Assembly: GCA_002269645.1 (NCBI GenBank)
Contig: NIVC01000297.1
Location: forward strand, 310,001 to 374,000
From: Macrostomum lignano
Taxonomy: Eukaryota
Direction: 5' to 3'
Length of the DNA stretch: 64,000 nucleotides
Shown one piece after another: positions 52,177 through 64,000 of this stretch; position 1 is the first letter of the stretch; each line of letters opens with the position of its first letter. The notes beneath the pieces are model-generated. The model saw only the letters and a program-made list of their open reading frames with translations. It was not told the DNA's origin and searched no databases. Both the position numbers and the translations under genes were made by a program.

Positions 52177-52271
<95 letters not shown>

Positions 52272-52296
52272 GACAGACAGACCGACAGACAGACAG

Positions 52297-52351
<55 letters not shown>

Positions 52352-52462
52352 GGCAGACAGACAGACAGACAGGCAGGCAGGCAGGCAGACAGACAGACAG
52401 ACAGACAGGCAGACAGACAGACAGACAGGCAGACAGACAGACCGACAGATAGACAGACAGGC

Positions 52463-52511
<49 letters not shown>

Positions 52512-52518
52512 GGCAGGC

Positions 52519-52553
<35 letters not shown>

Positions 52554-52622
52554 TAGACAGACAGACAGGCAGACAGACAGACAGACAGGCAGACAGACAG
52601 ACCGACAGATAGACAGACAGGC

Positions 52623-52667
<45 letters not shown>

Positions 52668-52678
52668 GGCAGGCAGGC

Positions 52679-52709
<31 letters not shown>

Positions 52710-52782
52710 TAGACAGACAGACAGGCAGACAGACAGACAGACAGGCAGACAGACAGACGGACAGACAGACAGACAGACAGGC

Positions 52783-52835
<53 letters not shown>

Positions 52836-52874
52836 TGCAGACAGACAGACCGACAGACAGACAGACAGACAGGC

Positions 52875-52939
<65 letters not shown>

Positions 52940-52942
52940 TGC

Positions 52943-52983
<41 letters not shown>

Positions 52984-53022
52984 TGCAGACAGACAGACGG
53001 ACAGACAGACAGACAGACAGGC

Positions 53023-53071
<49 letters not shown>

Positions 53072-53108
53072 TGCAGACAGACAGACAGACAGACATGCAG
53101 ACAGACAG
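52177..53108. repeat. (GACA)n microsatellite with GGCA/CATG variants
   Basis: About 230 units. Confidence 0.96.
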
Positions 53109-53699
53109 GTACATACAGTGCTCTGGCTAGAATCAAAATCAGAAGCAGAGCAATGGTCCAGGATTCCAGGAAGAAGGAAGTTAAGTCTGAATTTCCTTTA
53201 AAAATAGCAACATGAGTCATTTTACGATGGAGCGCGTGAGTTGATGGGGTGTTCAGAATACAAAGGTTAATGTAAAGGGCAGATCGAATTTCTAGGGTTT
53301 TTCTATAGTTCCCTATAAAACACACCGGTTTCTGTCCTGTCCAATGGTCTGCCGCCTTGGACCCTCAGCCCCCACCCACCCACACAGCCTATGCGGAAAT
53401 GACTTTGAATTTGAATTACTCAAGGAGGCCCAACATCAGCGCCTGGAGTGGAGTCTGCACATTCTCAGACAACGGTGGGCTGAATGTAACTCTTCAGTTT
53501 ATGACACGTGAAAGAAAGGAGAGGGGTGACAGAGGGAAGAGGAGAGGAGAGATGGTATGAGAGAAGAGGGCAGGAGAGAAGATAAAAAGGGAATTGCGAG
53601 AGAATTGATGAAGAGATTAGACTGATGCGAGATGAAAGGAGATAAGAGATCAGCGAAGATCAAATGAGAGAGCAGAGGGGAGTGTGGAGAGAGGAGACG

Positions 53700-56140
53700 A
53701 GAGAGAAAGAAGAGAAAATGAAGGAGAGAGGGGAAGGAGAGGAGAGGAGAGGTTAGGAGAGGAGAGGAGAGGAGAGGAGAGGAGAGGAGAGGAGAGGAGA
53801 GGAGAGGAGAGGAGAGGAGAGGAGAGGAGAGGAGAGGAGAGGAGAGGAGAGGAGAGGATAGGAGAGGAGAGGAGAGGAGAGGAGAGGAGAGAGAGGATAG
53901 GAGAGGAGAGGAGAGGAGAGGAGAGGAGAGGAGAGGAGAGGAGAGGAGAGGAGAGGAGAGGAGAGGAGAGGAGAGGAGAGGAGAGGAGAGTAGAGGAGAG
54001 AGAGAAGAGGAGAGGAGATGAGAGGATAGGATAGGAGAGGAGAGGAGAGGAGAGGAGAGGAGAGGAGAGGAGAGGATAGGAGATGAGAGGAGAGAGAGGA
54101 TAGGATAGGAGAGGAGAGGATAGGAGAGGAGAGGAGAGGAGAGGAGAGGAGAGGAGAGGAGAGGAGAGGAGAGGAGAGGATAGGAGATGAGAGGAGGGAG
54201 GAGAGGAGAGGAGAGGAGAGAGAGGATAGGAGAGGAGAGGAGTGGAGAGGAGAGGAGAGGAGAGGAGAGGAGAGGAGAGGAGAGGAGAGGAGTGGAGAGG
54301 AGAGGAGAGGAGAGGAGAGGAGAGGAGAGGAGAGGAGAGGAGAGGAGAGGAGAGGAGAGGAGAGGAGAGGAGAGGAGAGGAGAGGAGAGGAGAGGAGAGG
54401 AGAGGAGAGGAGAGGAGAGGAGAGGAGAGGAGAGGAGAGGAGAGGAGAGGAGAGGAGAGGAGAGGAGAGGAGAGGAGAGGAGAGGAGAGGATAGGAGAGA
54501 GAGGATAGGAGAGGAGAGGAGAGGAGAGGAGAGGAGAGGAGAGGAGAGGAGAGGAGAGGAGAGGAGAGGAGAGGAGAGGAGAGTAGAGGAGAGAGAGAAG
54601 AGGAGAGGAGATGAGAGGATAGGATAGGAGAGGAGAGGAGAGGAGAGGAGAGGAGAGGAGAGGAGAGGAGAGGATAGGAGATGAGAGGAGAGAGAGGATA
54701 GGATAGGAGAGGAGAGGATAGGAGAGGAGAGGAGAGGAGAGGAGAGGAGAGGAGAGGAGAGGAGAGGATAGGAGATGAGAGGAGGGAGGAGAGGAGAGGA
54801 GAGGAGAGAGAGGATAGGAGAGGAGAGGAGTGGAGAGGAGAGGAGAGGAGAGGAGAGGAGAGGAGAGGAGAGGAGAGTAGAGGAGAGAGAGAAGAGGAGA
54901 GGGGATGAGAGGATAGGATAGGAGAGGAGAGGAGAGGAGAGGAGAGGAGAGGAGAGGAGAGGAGAGGAGAGGATAGGAGATGAGAGGAGAGAGAGGATAG
55001 GATAGGAGAGGAGAGGATAGGAGAGGAGAGGAGAGGAGAGGAGAGGAGAGGATAGGAGATGAGAGGAGGGAGGAGAGGAGAGGAGAGGAGAGAGAGGATA
55101 GGAGAGGAGAGGAGAGGAGAGGAGAGGAGAGAGAGAGGAGAGAGAGAGGAGAGGAGAGGAGAGGAGAGGAGAGGAGAGGAGAGGAGAGGAGGAGAGAGGA
55201 GAGGAGAGGAGAGGAGAGGAGAGGAGAGGAGAGGAGAGGAGAGGAGAGGATAGGAGATGAGAGGAGAGGAGAGGAGAGGAGAGGAGAGGAGAGGAGAGGA
55301 GAGGAGAGGATAGGAGATGAGAGGAGAGAGAGGATAGGATAGGAGAGGAGAGGAGAGGAGAGGAGAGGAGAGGAGAGAGAGAGAGGAGAGGAGAGGAGAG
55401 GAGAGGAGAGGAGAGGAGAGGAGAGGAGAGGAGAGGAGAGGAGAGGAGAGGAGAGGAGAGGAGAGGAGAGGAGAGAGAGAGGATAGAGGAGAGGATAGGA
55501 GAGAGAGGAGAGGAGAGGAGAGGAGAGGAGAGGAGAGGAGAGGAGAGGAGAGGAGAGGAGAGGAGAGGAGAGGAGAGGAGAGGAGAGGAGAGGAGAGGAG
55601 AGGAGAGGAGAGGAGAGGAGAGAGGAGAGGAGAGGAGAGGAGAGGAGAGGAGAGGAGGAGAGGAGAGGAGAGGAGAGGAGAGGAGAGGAGAGGAGAGAGG
55701 AGAGGAGAGGAGAGGAGAGGAGAGGAGAGGAGAGGAGAGGAGAGGAGAGGAGAGGAGAGGAGAGGAGAGGAGAGGAGAGGAGAGGAGAGGAGAGGAGAGG
55801 AGAGGAGAGGAGAGGAGAGGAGAGGAGAGGAGAGGAGAGGAGAGGAGAGGAGGAGAGAAGAGGAGAGGAGAGGAGAGGAGAGGAGAGGAGAGGAGAGGAG
55901 AGGAGAGGAGAGGAGAGGAGAGGAGAGGAGAGGAGAGGAGAGGAGAGGAGAGGAGAGGAGAGGAGAGAAGAGGAGATGAGAGGAGAGGAGAGGAGAGGAG
56001 AGGAGAGGAGAGGAGAGGAGAGGAGAGGAGAGGAGAGGAGAGAGAGAGGAGAGGAGAGAGAGGAGAGGAGAGGAGAGAGAGAGGAGAGGAGGAGAGGAGA
56101 GGAGAGGAGAGGTTAGGAGAGGAGAGGATAGGAGAGGAGA
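53700..56140. repeat. (GGAGA)n pentanucleotide satellite
   Basis: About 2.4 kb purine tract with GGATA variants and internal block duplications. Confidence 0.96.
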
Positions 56141-56934
56141 GGGGAGAGAAATGAGACTATAGATAAAATGCGAAATAAAAGGAGAGAAAATATGAGTGAG
56201 GATAAAAGACGAAGAGCAGAGGGCACTGGGAGAAAGGAGAAAAGAGATGGAAGAGAGGATTAGAAAGAAGAGAGCTGAGAAGAGACACAAAGCTTAACCA
56301 AATATTGTAAAGTTTCAATCGAATTAACCCGAAGACTCGTATACAAGCAAAAGTGAAAGAGTTGGCGAATTTGTGTCTTCGACTCATCTTTTAATATTTT
56401 TTTTAACAAATAACTTTCCACAACGCCTAAGGTAACTCGTAAATCTGTCAAGAGTTGCTGAATTTCCAAACACTCCAAGTTGCCAGTCGTCCTTGGCGCG
56501 GAGGTTGGGGTGGGTGTCGAAGCCAGCTAATGCCCATAAATTCTCAGACTCGACGGGGGGGGGGTCAAGCAAGGGTTGGTCCCGTGAGGAGGCCAAAGTG
56601 TTGATTTCCGCTAAGGTTATAAAGAAGGCCCCTCGGCCCCAGTTTACAGACGTCAAAAAACCGACACTGTTCAGACTTTGTCTTTAATCTGTATGGGAAT
56701 TTCATTTCCTATCCACAGGTAAAATAGAATTGGTAACTACGACAGACAGACTGATACACACAACAGCCGTGAGAGTAGGGGGGCAGCTTCTTGATGACGC
56801 CGCGAGGTTATTGACAAGAAGTCTTTGGTGTCATGGAGCTGCTCTCCTGTTCTCAGCATCTTTGGCTGCAACCTGCGTTTGGATAATTCAATTGTACCTA
56901 CCTACTTCTCTTTACTATCTCCCTGTCTATCTAC

Positions 56935-57370
56935 TTCTCAAGCTACTTACTACTTACTACACTATCTATACTTACTGATACTTCTAAGTTCTATCTACGC
57001 TCTTATCTACTTCTTAGCCTCTGTTAATCTACATCTCAACTTACTCCTTACCCTGTCTATCTACTTCTCAACCTACTCTGTCTATCTACTTCTCAAACTA
57101 CCCTGTCTATCTACTTCTCAAACTACCCTTTCTATCATCTACTTTTCAAACTACCCTGTCTATCTACTTCTCAAATTACCCTGTCTATCTACTTCTCAAA
57201 CTACCCTGTCTATCATCTACTTTTCAAACTACTCTGTCTATCTACTTCTCAATTACCCTGTCTATCTACTTCTCAAACTACCCTGTCTATCTACTTCTCA
57301 ACCTACTCTGTCTATCTACTTCTCAAACTACCCTGTCTATCTACTTCTCAGACTCCTATCTATCTATCTA
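56935..57370. repeat. 25 bp minisatellite CTATCTACTTCTCAAACTACCCTGT
   Basis: About 15 copies, degenerate at the left. Confidence 0.85.
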
Positions 57371-57702
57371 TCATACCACAGTCCACAAATATAAACTTAC
57401 GAAAGCAAATAAACAAGAAAATGAACTTTCTCATTTAAATCTGGAATAGAAATGTCTCGCTGTTTGATAAACCAGTTCAATATCAGTTCTTTTAATAAAG
57501 CGATTTGAATTCGAACTTTCTTTTATGTCAATTACAATAACTTACGGAAGGAGACAATTATTGTATCATTATTTACGGCATTCCATAGACAAAAATGACG
57601 TCGCACTTGAAAAAGGATATGGTGTCATTCTGAACGCTCACAATTCGTTTTGATACTGTAACTTTGACATTAAAGTTAAAATAGTAAACAGTAAGTTCGA
57701 GA

Positions 57703-58309
<607 letters not shown>

Positions 58310-58317
58310 TTGCGTCA

Positions 58318-58665
58318 TCAGCACAGCTGACCACATGCGTGCCTACTGGCCGCCAGCTCGTCAAACGACAAATCCTCGTCTCCATGGTTACCATCCTTGT
58401 TTATATTAAAATCGTTGCCAAGGCGACTGCCATCGTGAGTCGTGTGCCGCAGTTCCCCACAACCAACAACAGCGACAGCAGCTTCTTGCGCATCAAATTT
58501 CGAGCAGACGCCCAGCAACAGAAAGTTGGCCAAGCGACCCCGGGTCAGCTGAGACTTTTGAGTCCGACAGCCAAGAGTGGCCAGAGAGAAGCACAGGACC
58601 AGAGCCAGGATGACAAACAGGGAATGAAATATGGGATAAACCTGCAGACTCATCTGCTGCATGGC
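58318..58665 (-). CDS. MFS transporter last exon (final TM helix and tail)
   Basis: Acceptor CCCGCAG|GCC; AMQQMSLQVYPIFHSLFVILALVLCFSLATLG...; TGA at 58318-58320. Confidence 0.75.
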   Translation of the reverse strand, partial: AMQQMSLQVYPIFHSLFVILALVLCFSLATLGCRTQKSQLTRGRLANFLLLGVCSKFDAQEAAVAVVGCGELRHTTHDGSRLGNDFNINKDGNHGDEDLSFDELAASRHACGQLC

Positions 58666-61600
58666 CTGCGGGTATCAAATGCGACACAATGGGTTCGTGT
58701 TGTGTCGCATGTGTAACTGTTAGATACAGATTTTCACCTGTTAGATACAGATTTTCACATTGTTAGATACAGATTCTTAACTGTTAGATACAGAATTTTA
58801 AGTGTTAGATACAGATTCTTAACTGTTAGATACAGATTTTTAACTGTTAGATACAGATTCCTAACTGTTAGATACAAATTTTTAACATACTTCAGCAGAG
58901 AAACAGTTGGTACTCACGGTCACCATGGCAACGGGCACAACAGCTTCGCCAAGTGCAGCAGACGCAACCAATGCTGTGGCTCTGCTGCCTGTTGACATTT
59001 TTATCCGGGAATGCAAGATTGAACTACAGGCTAGGTATGCTATAAGTATGGCCATTATCCCAAATCCCAAATTACATGTACATTGATCCCATATCAAATT
59101 GCTCCCATACACCCCATCGATCCCATATCCCATCGATCCCATATCCCATCGATCCCATATCCTATCGATCCCATATCCTATCGAACCCATATCCCATCGA
59201 TCCCATATCCTATCGATCCCATATCCTATCGAACCCATATCCCATCGATCCCATATCCTATCGATCCCATATCCTATCGAACCCATATCCCATCGATCCC
59301 ATATCCTATCGATCCCATATCCTATCGATCCCATATCCTATCGATCCCATATCCTATCGTTCCCATTCCTATCGATCCCATATCTCATCGATCCCATATC
59401 CCATCGATCCCATATCTCATCGATCCCATATCCCATTGATCCCATATCCTATCGTTCCCATTCCTATCGATCCCATATCTCATCGATCCCATATCCCATC
59501 GATCCCATATCTCATCGATCCCATATCTCATCGATCCCATATCACATCGATCCCATATCCCATCAACCCATATCACATCGATCCCATATCCCATCAACCC
59601 ATATCACATCGATCCCATATCTCATCGATCCCATATCCCATCGATCCCATATCCCATCAATCCCATATCCCATCGATCCCATACATGTATTCCATCGATC
59701 CCATTCCCATCGATCCCATATCACATCGATCCCATATCCCATCGATCCCATACATGTATTCCATCGATCCCATTCCCATCGATCCCATATCCCCATCGAT
59801 CCCATTCCTATCGATCCCATTCCTATCGATCCCATATCACATCGATCCCATATCCCATCAACCCATATCACATCGATCCCATATCCCATCAACCCATATC
59901 ACATCGATCCCATATCTCATCGATCCCATATCCCATCGATCCCATATCCCATCAATCCCATATCCCATCGATCCCATACATGTATTCCATCGATCCCATT
60001 CCCATCGATCCCATATCACATCGATCCCATATCCCATCGATCCCATACATGTATTCCATCGATCCCATTCCCATCGATCCCATATCCCCATCGATCCCAT
60101 TCCTATCGATCCCATTCCTATCGATCCCATATCACATCGATCCCATATCCCATCAACCCATATCACATCGATCCCATATCCCATCAACCCATATCACATC
60201 GATCCCATATCTCATCGATCCCATATCCCATCGATCCCATATCCTATCGTTCCCATTCCTATCGATCCCATATCCCATCGATCCCATATCTCATCGATCC
60301 CATATCCCCCCGATCCCATATCTCATCGATCCCATATCCCATCGATCCCATATCTCATCGATCCCATATCCCATTGATCCCATATCCTATCGTTCCCATT
60401 CCTATCGATCCCATATCTCATCGATCCCATATCCCATCGATCCCATATCTCATCGATCCCATATCCTATCGATCCCATATCCTATCGAACCCATATCCCA
60501 TCGATCCCATATCCTATCGATCCCATATCCCATCGATCCCATATCCTATCGATCCCATATCCTATCGATCCCATATCCCATCGATCCCATATCCTATCGA
60601 TCCCATATCCTATCGAACCCATATCCCATCGATCCCATATCCTATCGATCCCATATCACATCGATCCCATATCCCATCAACCCATATCACATCGATCCCA
60701 TATCCCATCGATCCCATATCCCATCAATCCCATATCTCATCGATCCCATACATGTATTCCATCGATCCCATTCCCATCGATCCCATATCCCATCGATCCC
60801 ATCGATCGATCCTATATCCATCAACCCATATCACATCGATCCCATATCCCATCGATCCCATATCCCATCGATCCCATATCTCATCGATCCCATATCCCAT
60901 CGATCCTATATCCATCAACCCATATCCCATCGATCCCATATCCTATCGTTCCCATTCCTATCGATCCCATATCTCATCGATCCCATATCCCATCGATCCC
61001 ATATCTCATCGATCCCATATCCTATCGATCCCATATCCTATCGAACCCATATCCCATCGATCCCATATCCTATCGATCCCATATCCCATCGATCCCATAT
61101 CCTATCGATCCCATATCCTATCGATCCCATATCCCATCGATCCCATATCCTATCGATCCCATATCCTATCGAACCCATATCCCATCGATCCCATATCCTA
61201 TCGATCCCATATCACATCGATCCCATATCCCATCAACCCATATCACATCGATCCCATATCCCATCGATCCCATATCCCATCAATCCCATATCCCATCGAT
61301 CCCATACATGTATTCCATCGATCCCATTCCCATCGATCCCATATCCCATCGATCCCATCGATCGATCCTATATCCATCAACCCATATCACATCGATCCCA
61401 TATCCCATCGATCCCATATCCCATCGATCCCATATCTCATCGATCCCATATCCCATCGATCCTATATCCATCAACCCATATCCCATCGATCCCATATCCC
61501 ATCGATCCCATATCTCATCGATCCCATATCCTATTGATCCCATATCCCATTGATCCCATATCCCATCGATCCCATATCCCATCGATCCCATATCTCATCG

Positions 61601-62062
61601 ATCCCATATCCCATCGATCCCATCGATGGATCCTATATCCATCAACCCATATCACATCCATATGATCCCACTCTATGCACGAAATCCCCAGAATCCCACT
61701 GACAAACCTGTCAGATGGACGAATTGCTCAGTCACAGCCAGCAGTGCAGGCATGCAATGGCTAATAAAAAATCCGGTGAGCAGCGTGCTCAAAAACAGCA
61801 AAGTCACGCTTCCCCAGCCCATTGAAAACAGCGCAGCCGCGGCAAGGAGACCTGCCTAAAAAAGCATGCGCTAATTTAGCTACTGGAATTGTAAGTAGTG
61901 TAGTAAGAAAGTTCAACTAATAATTATGACAGCCAAATTGCTCACCAGATCGAAAAATAGAACATAGATTGAAGCGACTTTTAAGGTCAGAAAAATTCCG
62001 ACCAGCCGTCCCAACAGAGTGAAGCCCTGGAAATTCCAGGAAATGTCAGGTAGCCAATCTTC
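58318..62062 (-). CDS. MFS transporter, MFSD4/NAGLT1 (sodium-dependent glucose transporter 1)-like, 3' partial; join(62062 or 62026-61946, 61855-61708, 58988-58918, 58665-58318)
   Basis: Joined peptide ...FQGFTLLGRLVGIFLTLKV...FFDLAGLLAAAALF...TGFFISHCMPALLAVTEQFVHLTGSRATALVASAALGEAVVPVAM... follows the C-terminal helices of the MFSD4 family (GR, P..L..EQ..TG, ALGE..P). Phases 0, 1, 0 are compatible. Upstream exons lie beyond the window. Confidence 0.75.
58715..58886. repeat. ~22 bp minisatellite ACTGTTAGATACAGATTTTTA
   Basis: About 8 copies filling the last MFS intron. Confidence 0.85.
58918..58988 (-). CDS. MFS transporter internal exon
   Basis: AACAG|GC...ACC|GTGAGT; encodes SRATALVASAALGEAVVPVAMVT. 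Confidence 0.8.
59105..61655. repeat. 16 bp minisatellite ATCGATCCCATATCCC
   Basis: About 155 copies filling an MFS intron; higher-order blocks present. Confidence 0.96.
61708..61855 (-). CDS. MFS transporter internal exon
   Basis: TTTTTTAG|GCA...ACA G|GTTTGT; 148 nt, two hydrophobic helices. Confidence 0.8.
61946..62062 (-). CDS. MFS transporter internal exon (acceptor at 62062 or 62026)
   Basis: GFTLLGRLVGIFLTLKVASIYVLFFDL|GTGAG; both candidate acceptors are in frame. Confidence 0.68.
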
Positions 62063-62157
62063 CTAATTAGGAACTAGTGAATGAAGACGCTGTCGTCTTC
62101 AAAGGTGGGACGATGGTTTATATATTGTGTTTTTATCCTTTTATGGCTATGACATAT

Positions 62158-64000
62158 GCCCCTGGCATTAGTTAGTCTAGTGGTCTAGTGGGGGCTGGCC
62201 GCCCCCACGCCCCTGGCATTAGTTAGTCTAGTGGTATAGTGGGGGCTGGCCGCCCCCCACGCCCCTGGCATTAGTTAGTCTAGTGGTATAGTGGGGGGCT
62301 CGCCGCCCCCACGCCCCTGGCATTAGTTAGTCTAGTGGTATAGTGGGGGCTGGCCGCCCCCACGCCCCTGGCATTAGTTAGTCTAGTGGTATAGTGGGGG
62401 GCTGGCCGCCCCCACGCCCCTGGCATTAGTTAGTCTAGTGGTATAGTGGGGGGCTCGCCGCCCCCACGCCCCTGGCATTAGTTAGTCTAGTGGTATAGTG
62501 GGGGGCTGGCCGCCCCCCACGCCCCTGGCATTAGTTAGTCTAGTGGTATAGTGGGGGGCTGGCCGCCCCCACGCTCCTGGCATTAGTTAGTCTAGTGGTA
62601 TAGTGGGGGGCTGGCCGCCCCCCACGCCCCTGGCATTAGTTAGTCTAGTGGTATAGTGGGGGGCTGGCCGCCCCCCACGCCCCTGGCATTAGTTAGTCTA
62701 GTGGTATAGTGGGGGCTGGCCGCCCCCACGCCCCTGGCATTAGTTAGTCTAGTGGTATAGTGGGGGGCTAGCCGCCCCCCACGCCCCTGGCATTAGTTCT
62801 TCTAGTGGTACGCTCGTATAGTGGGGGGGGGGCTTGCCGCCCCCCACGCCCCTGGCATTAGTTAGTCTAGTGGTATAGTGGGGGGCTGGCCGCCCCCCAC
62901 GCCCCTGGCATTAGTTAGTCTAGTGGTGTAGTGGGGGGCTGGCCGCCCCCACGCCCCTGGCATTAGTTAGTCTAGTGGTATAGTGGGGGGCTGGCCGCCC
63001 CCCACGCCCCTGGCATTAGTTAGTCTAGTGGTATAGTGGGGGGCTGGCCGCCCCCCACGCCCCTGGCATTAGTTAGTCTAGTGGTATAGTGGGGGCTGGC
63101 CGCCCCCCACGCCCCTGGCATTAGTTAGTCTAGTGGTATAGTGGGGGCTGGCCGCCCCCCACGCCCCTGGCATTAGTTAGTCTAGTGGTATAGTGGGGGG
63201 CTGGCCGCCCCCACGCCCCTGGCATTAGTTAGTCTAGTGGTATAGTGGGGGGCTGGCCGCCCCCCACGCTCCTGGCATTAGTTAGTCTAGTGGTATAGTG
63301 GGGGGCTGGCCGCCCCCCACGCCCCTGGCATTAGTTAGTCTAGTGGTATAGTGGGGGGCTGGCCGCCCCCCACGCCCCTGGCATTAGTTAGTCTAGTGGT
63401 ATAGTGGGGGGCTGGCCGCCCCCACGCCCCTGGCATTAGTTAGTCTAGTGGTATAGTGGGGGCTAGCCGCCCCCACGCCCCTGGCATTAGTTCTTCTAGT
63501 GGTACGCTCGTATAGTGGGGGGGGGGCTTGCCGCCCCCACGCCCCTGGCATTAGTTAGTCTAGTGGTGTAGTGGGGGGCTGGCCGCCCCCACGCCCCTGG
63601 CATTAGTTAGTCTAGTGGTATAGTGGGGGGCTGGCCGCCCCCCACGCCCCTGGCATTAGTTAGTCTAGTGGTATAGTGGGGGCTGGCCGCCCCCCACGCC
63701 CCTGGCATCAGTTAGTCTAGTGGTACGCTCGTATAGTGGGGGCTTGCCGCCCCCCACGCCCCTGGCATTAGTTAGTCTAGTGGTATAGTGGGGGGCTGGC
63801 CGCCCCCACGCCCCTGGCATTAGTTAGTCTAGTGGTATAGTGGGGGCTGGCCGCCCCCACACCCCTGGCATTAGTTAGTCTAGTGGTATAGTGGGGGCTA
63901 GCCGCCCCCACGCCCCTGGCATTAGTTCTTCTAGTGGTACGCTCGTATAGTGGGGGGGGCTTGCCGCCCCCACGCCCCTGGCATTAGTTAGTCTAGTGGT
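62158..64000 (+). repeat. 51-53 bp tandem array containing a GC-rich hairpin and CTAGT (Helitron-3'-end-like)
   Basis: Unit GCCCCTGGCATTAGTTAGTCTAGTGGTATAGTGGGGGGCTGGCCGCCCCCCAC, about 35 copies, running off the window edge. Confidence 0.93.

Noticed and set aside
56384-56687. ORFs 56384-56656 (-) and 56493-56687 (+, WSREEAKVLISA resembling a Myb/SANT first helix)
   Set aside because: The rest of the Myb-like domain is missing and there is no Harbinger transposase or splice support.
61760-61775. Suspected frameshift in the MFS exon T-run
   Set aside because: Recount gives six Ts (TTT TTT), so the frame is intact.

Overview
Metazoan genomic DNA, very rich in tandem repeats; short GC-rich exons lie between large intronic minisatellites, which resembles a flatworm such as Macrostomum (inference only). 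Three spliced genes lie head-to-tail on the minus strand. (1) The 3' part of an MFSD4/NAGLT1-like MFS transporter, 4 exons at 62062-58318. (2) A complete 4-exon, 192-aa Shisa-like (STMC6/CX-type) single-pass membrane protein with an RGG-rich N-terminus at 50201-44919. (3) A complete 3-exon, 635-aa Shaw/Kv3-like potassium channel at 38121-10261, with a reduced-charge S4 and an AIP gate in place of PVP. The left edge carries an uninterrupted Chapaev-type (RAG1/Transib-related) DDE transposase ORF with a CAC/GTG-type right end. Also present: two hAT non-autonomous elements with 8-bp TSDs (one with its left end amplified about 24 times), a Helitron-like element with a tRNA-derived segment, a terminal array resembling amplified Helitron 3' ends, and about 30 distinct micro/minisatellite arrays, several arranged as inverted pairs. 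All exon models were built by eye from splice signals and reading phase and have no transcript support here; repeat boundaries and copy numbers are approximate.
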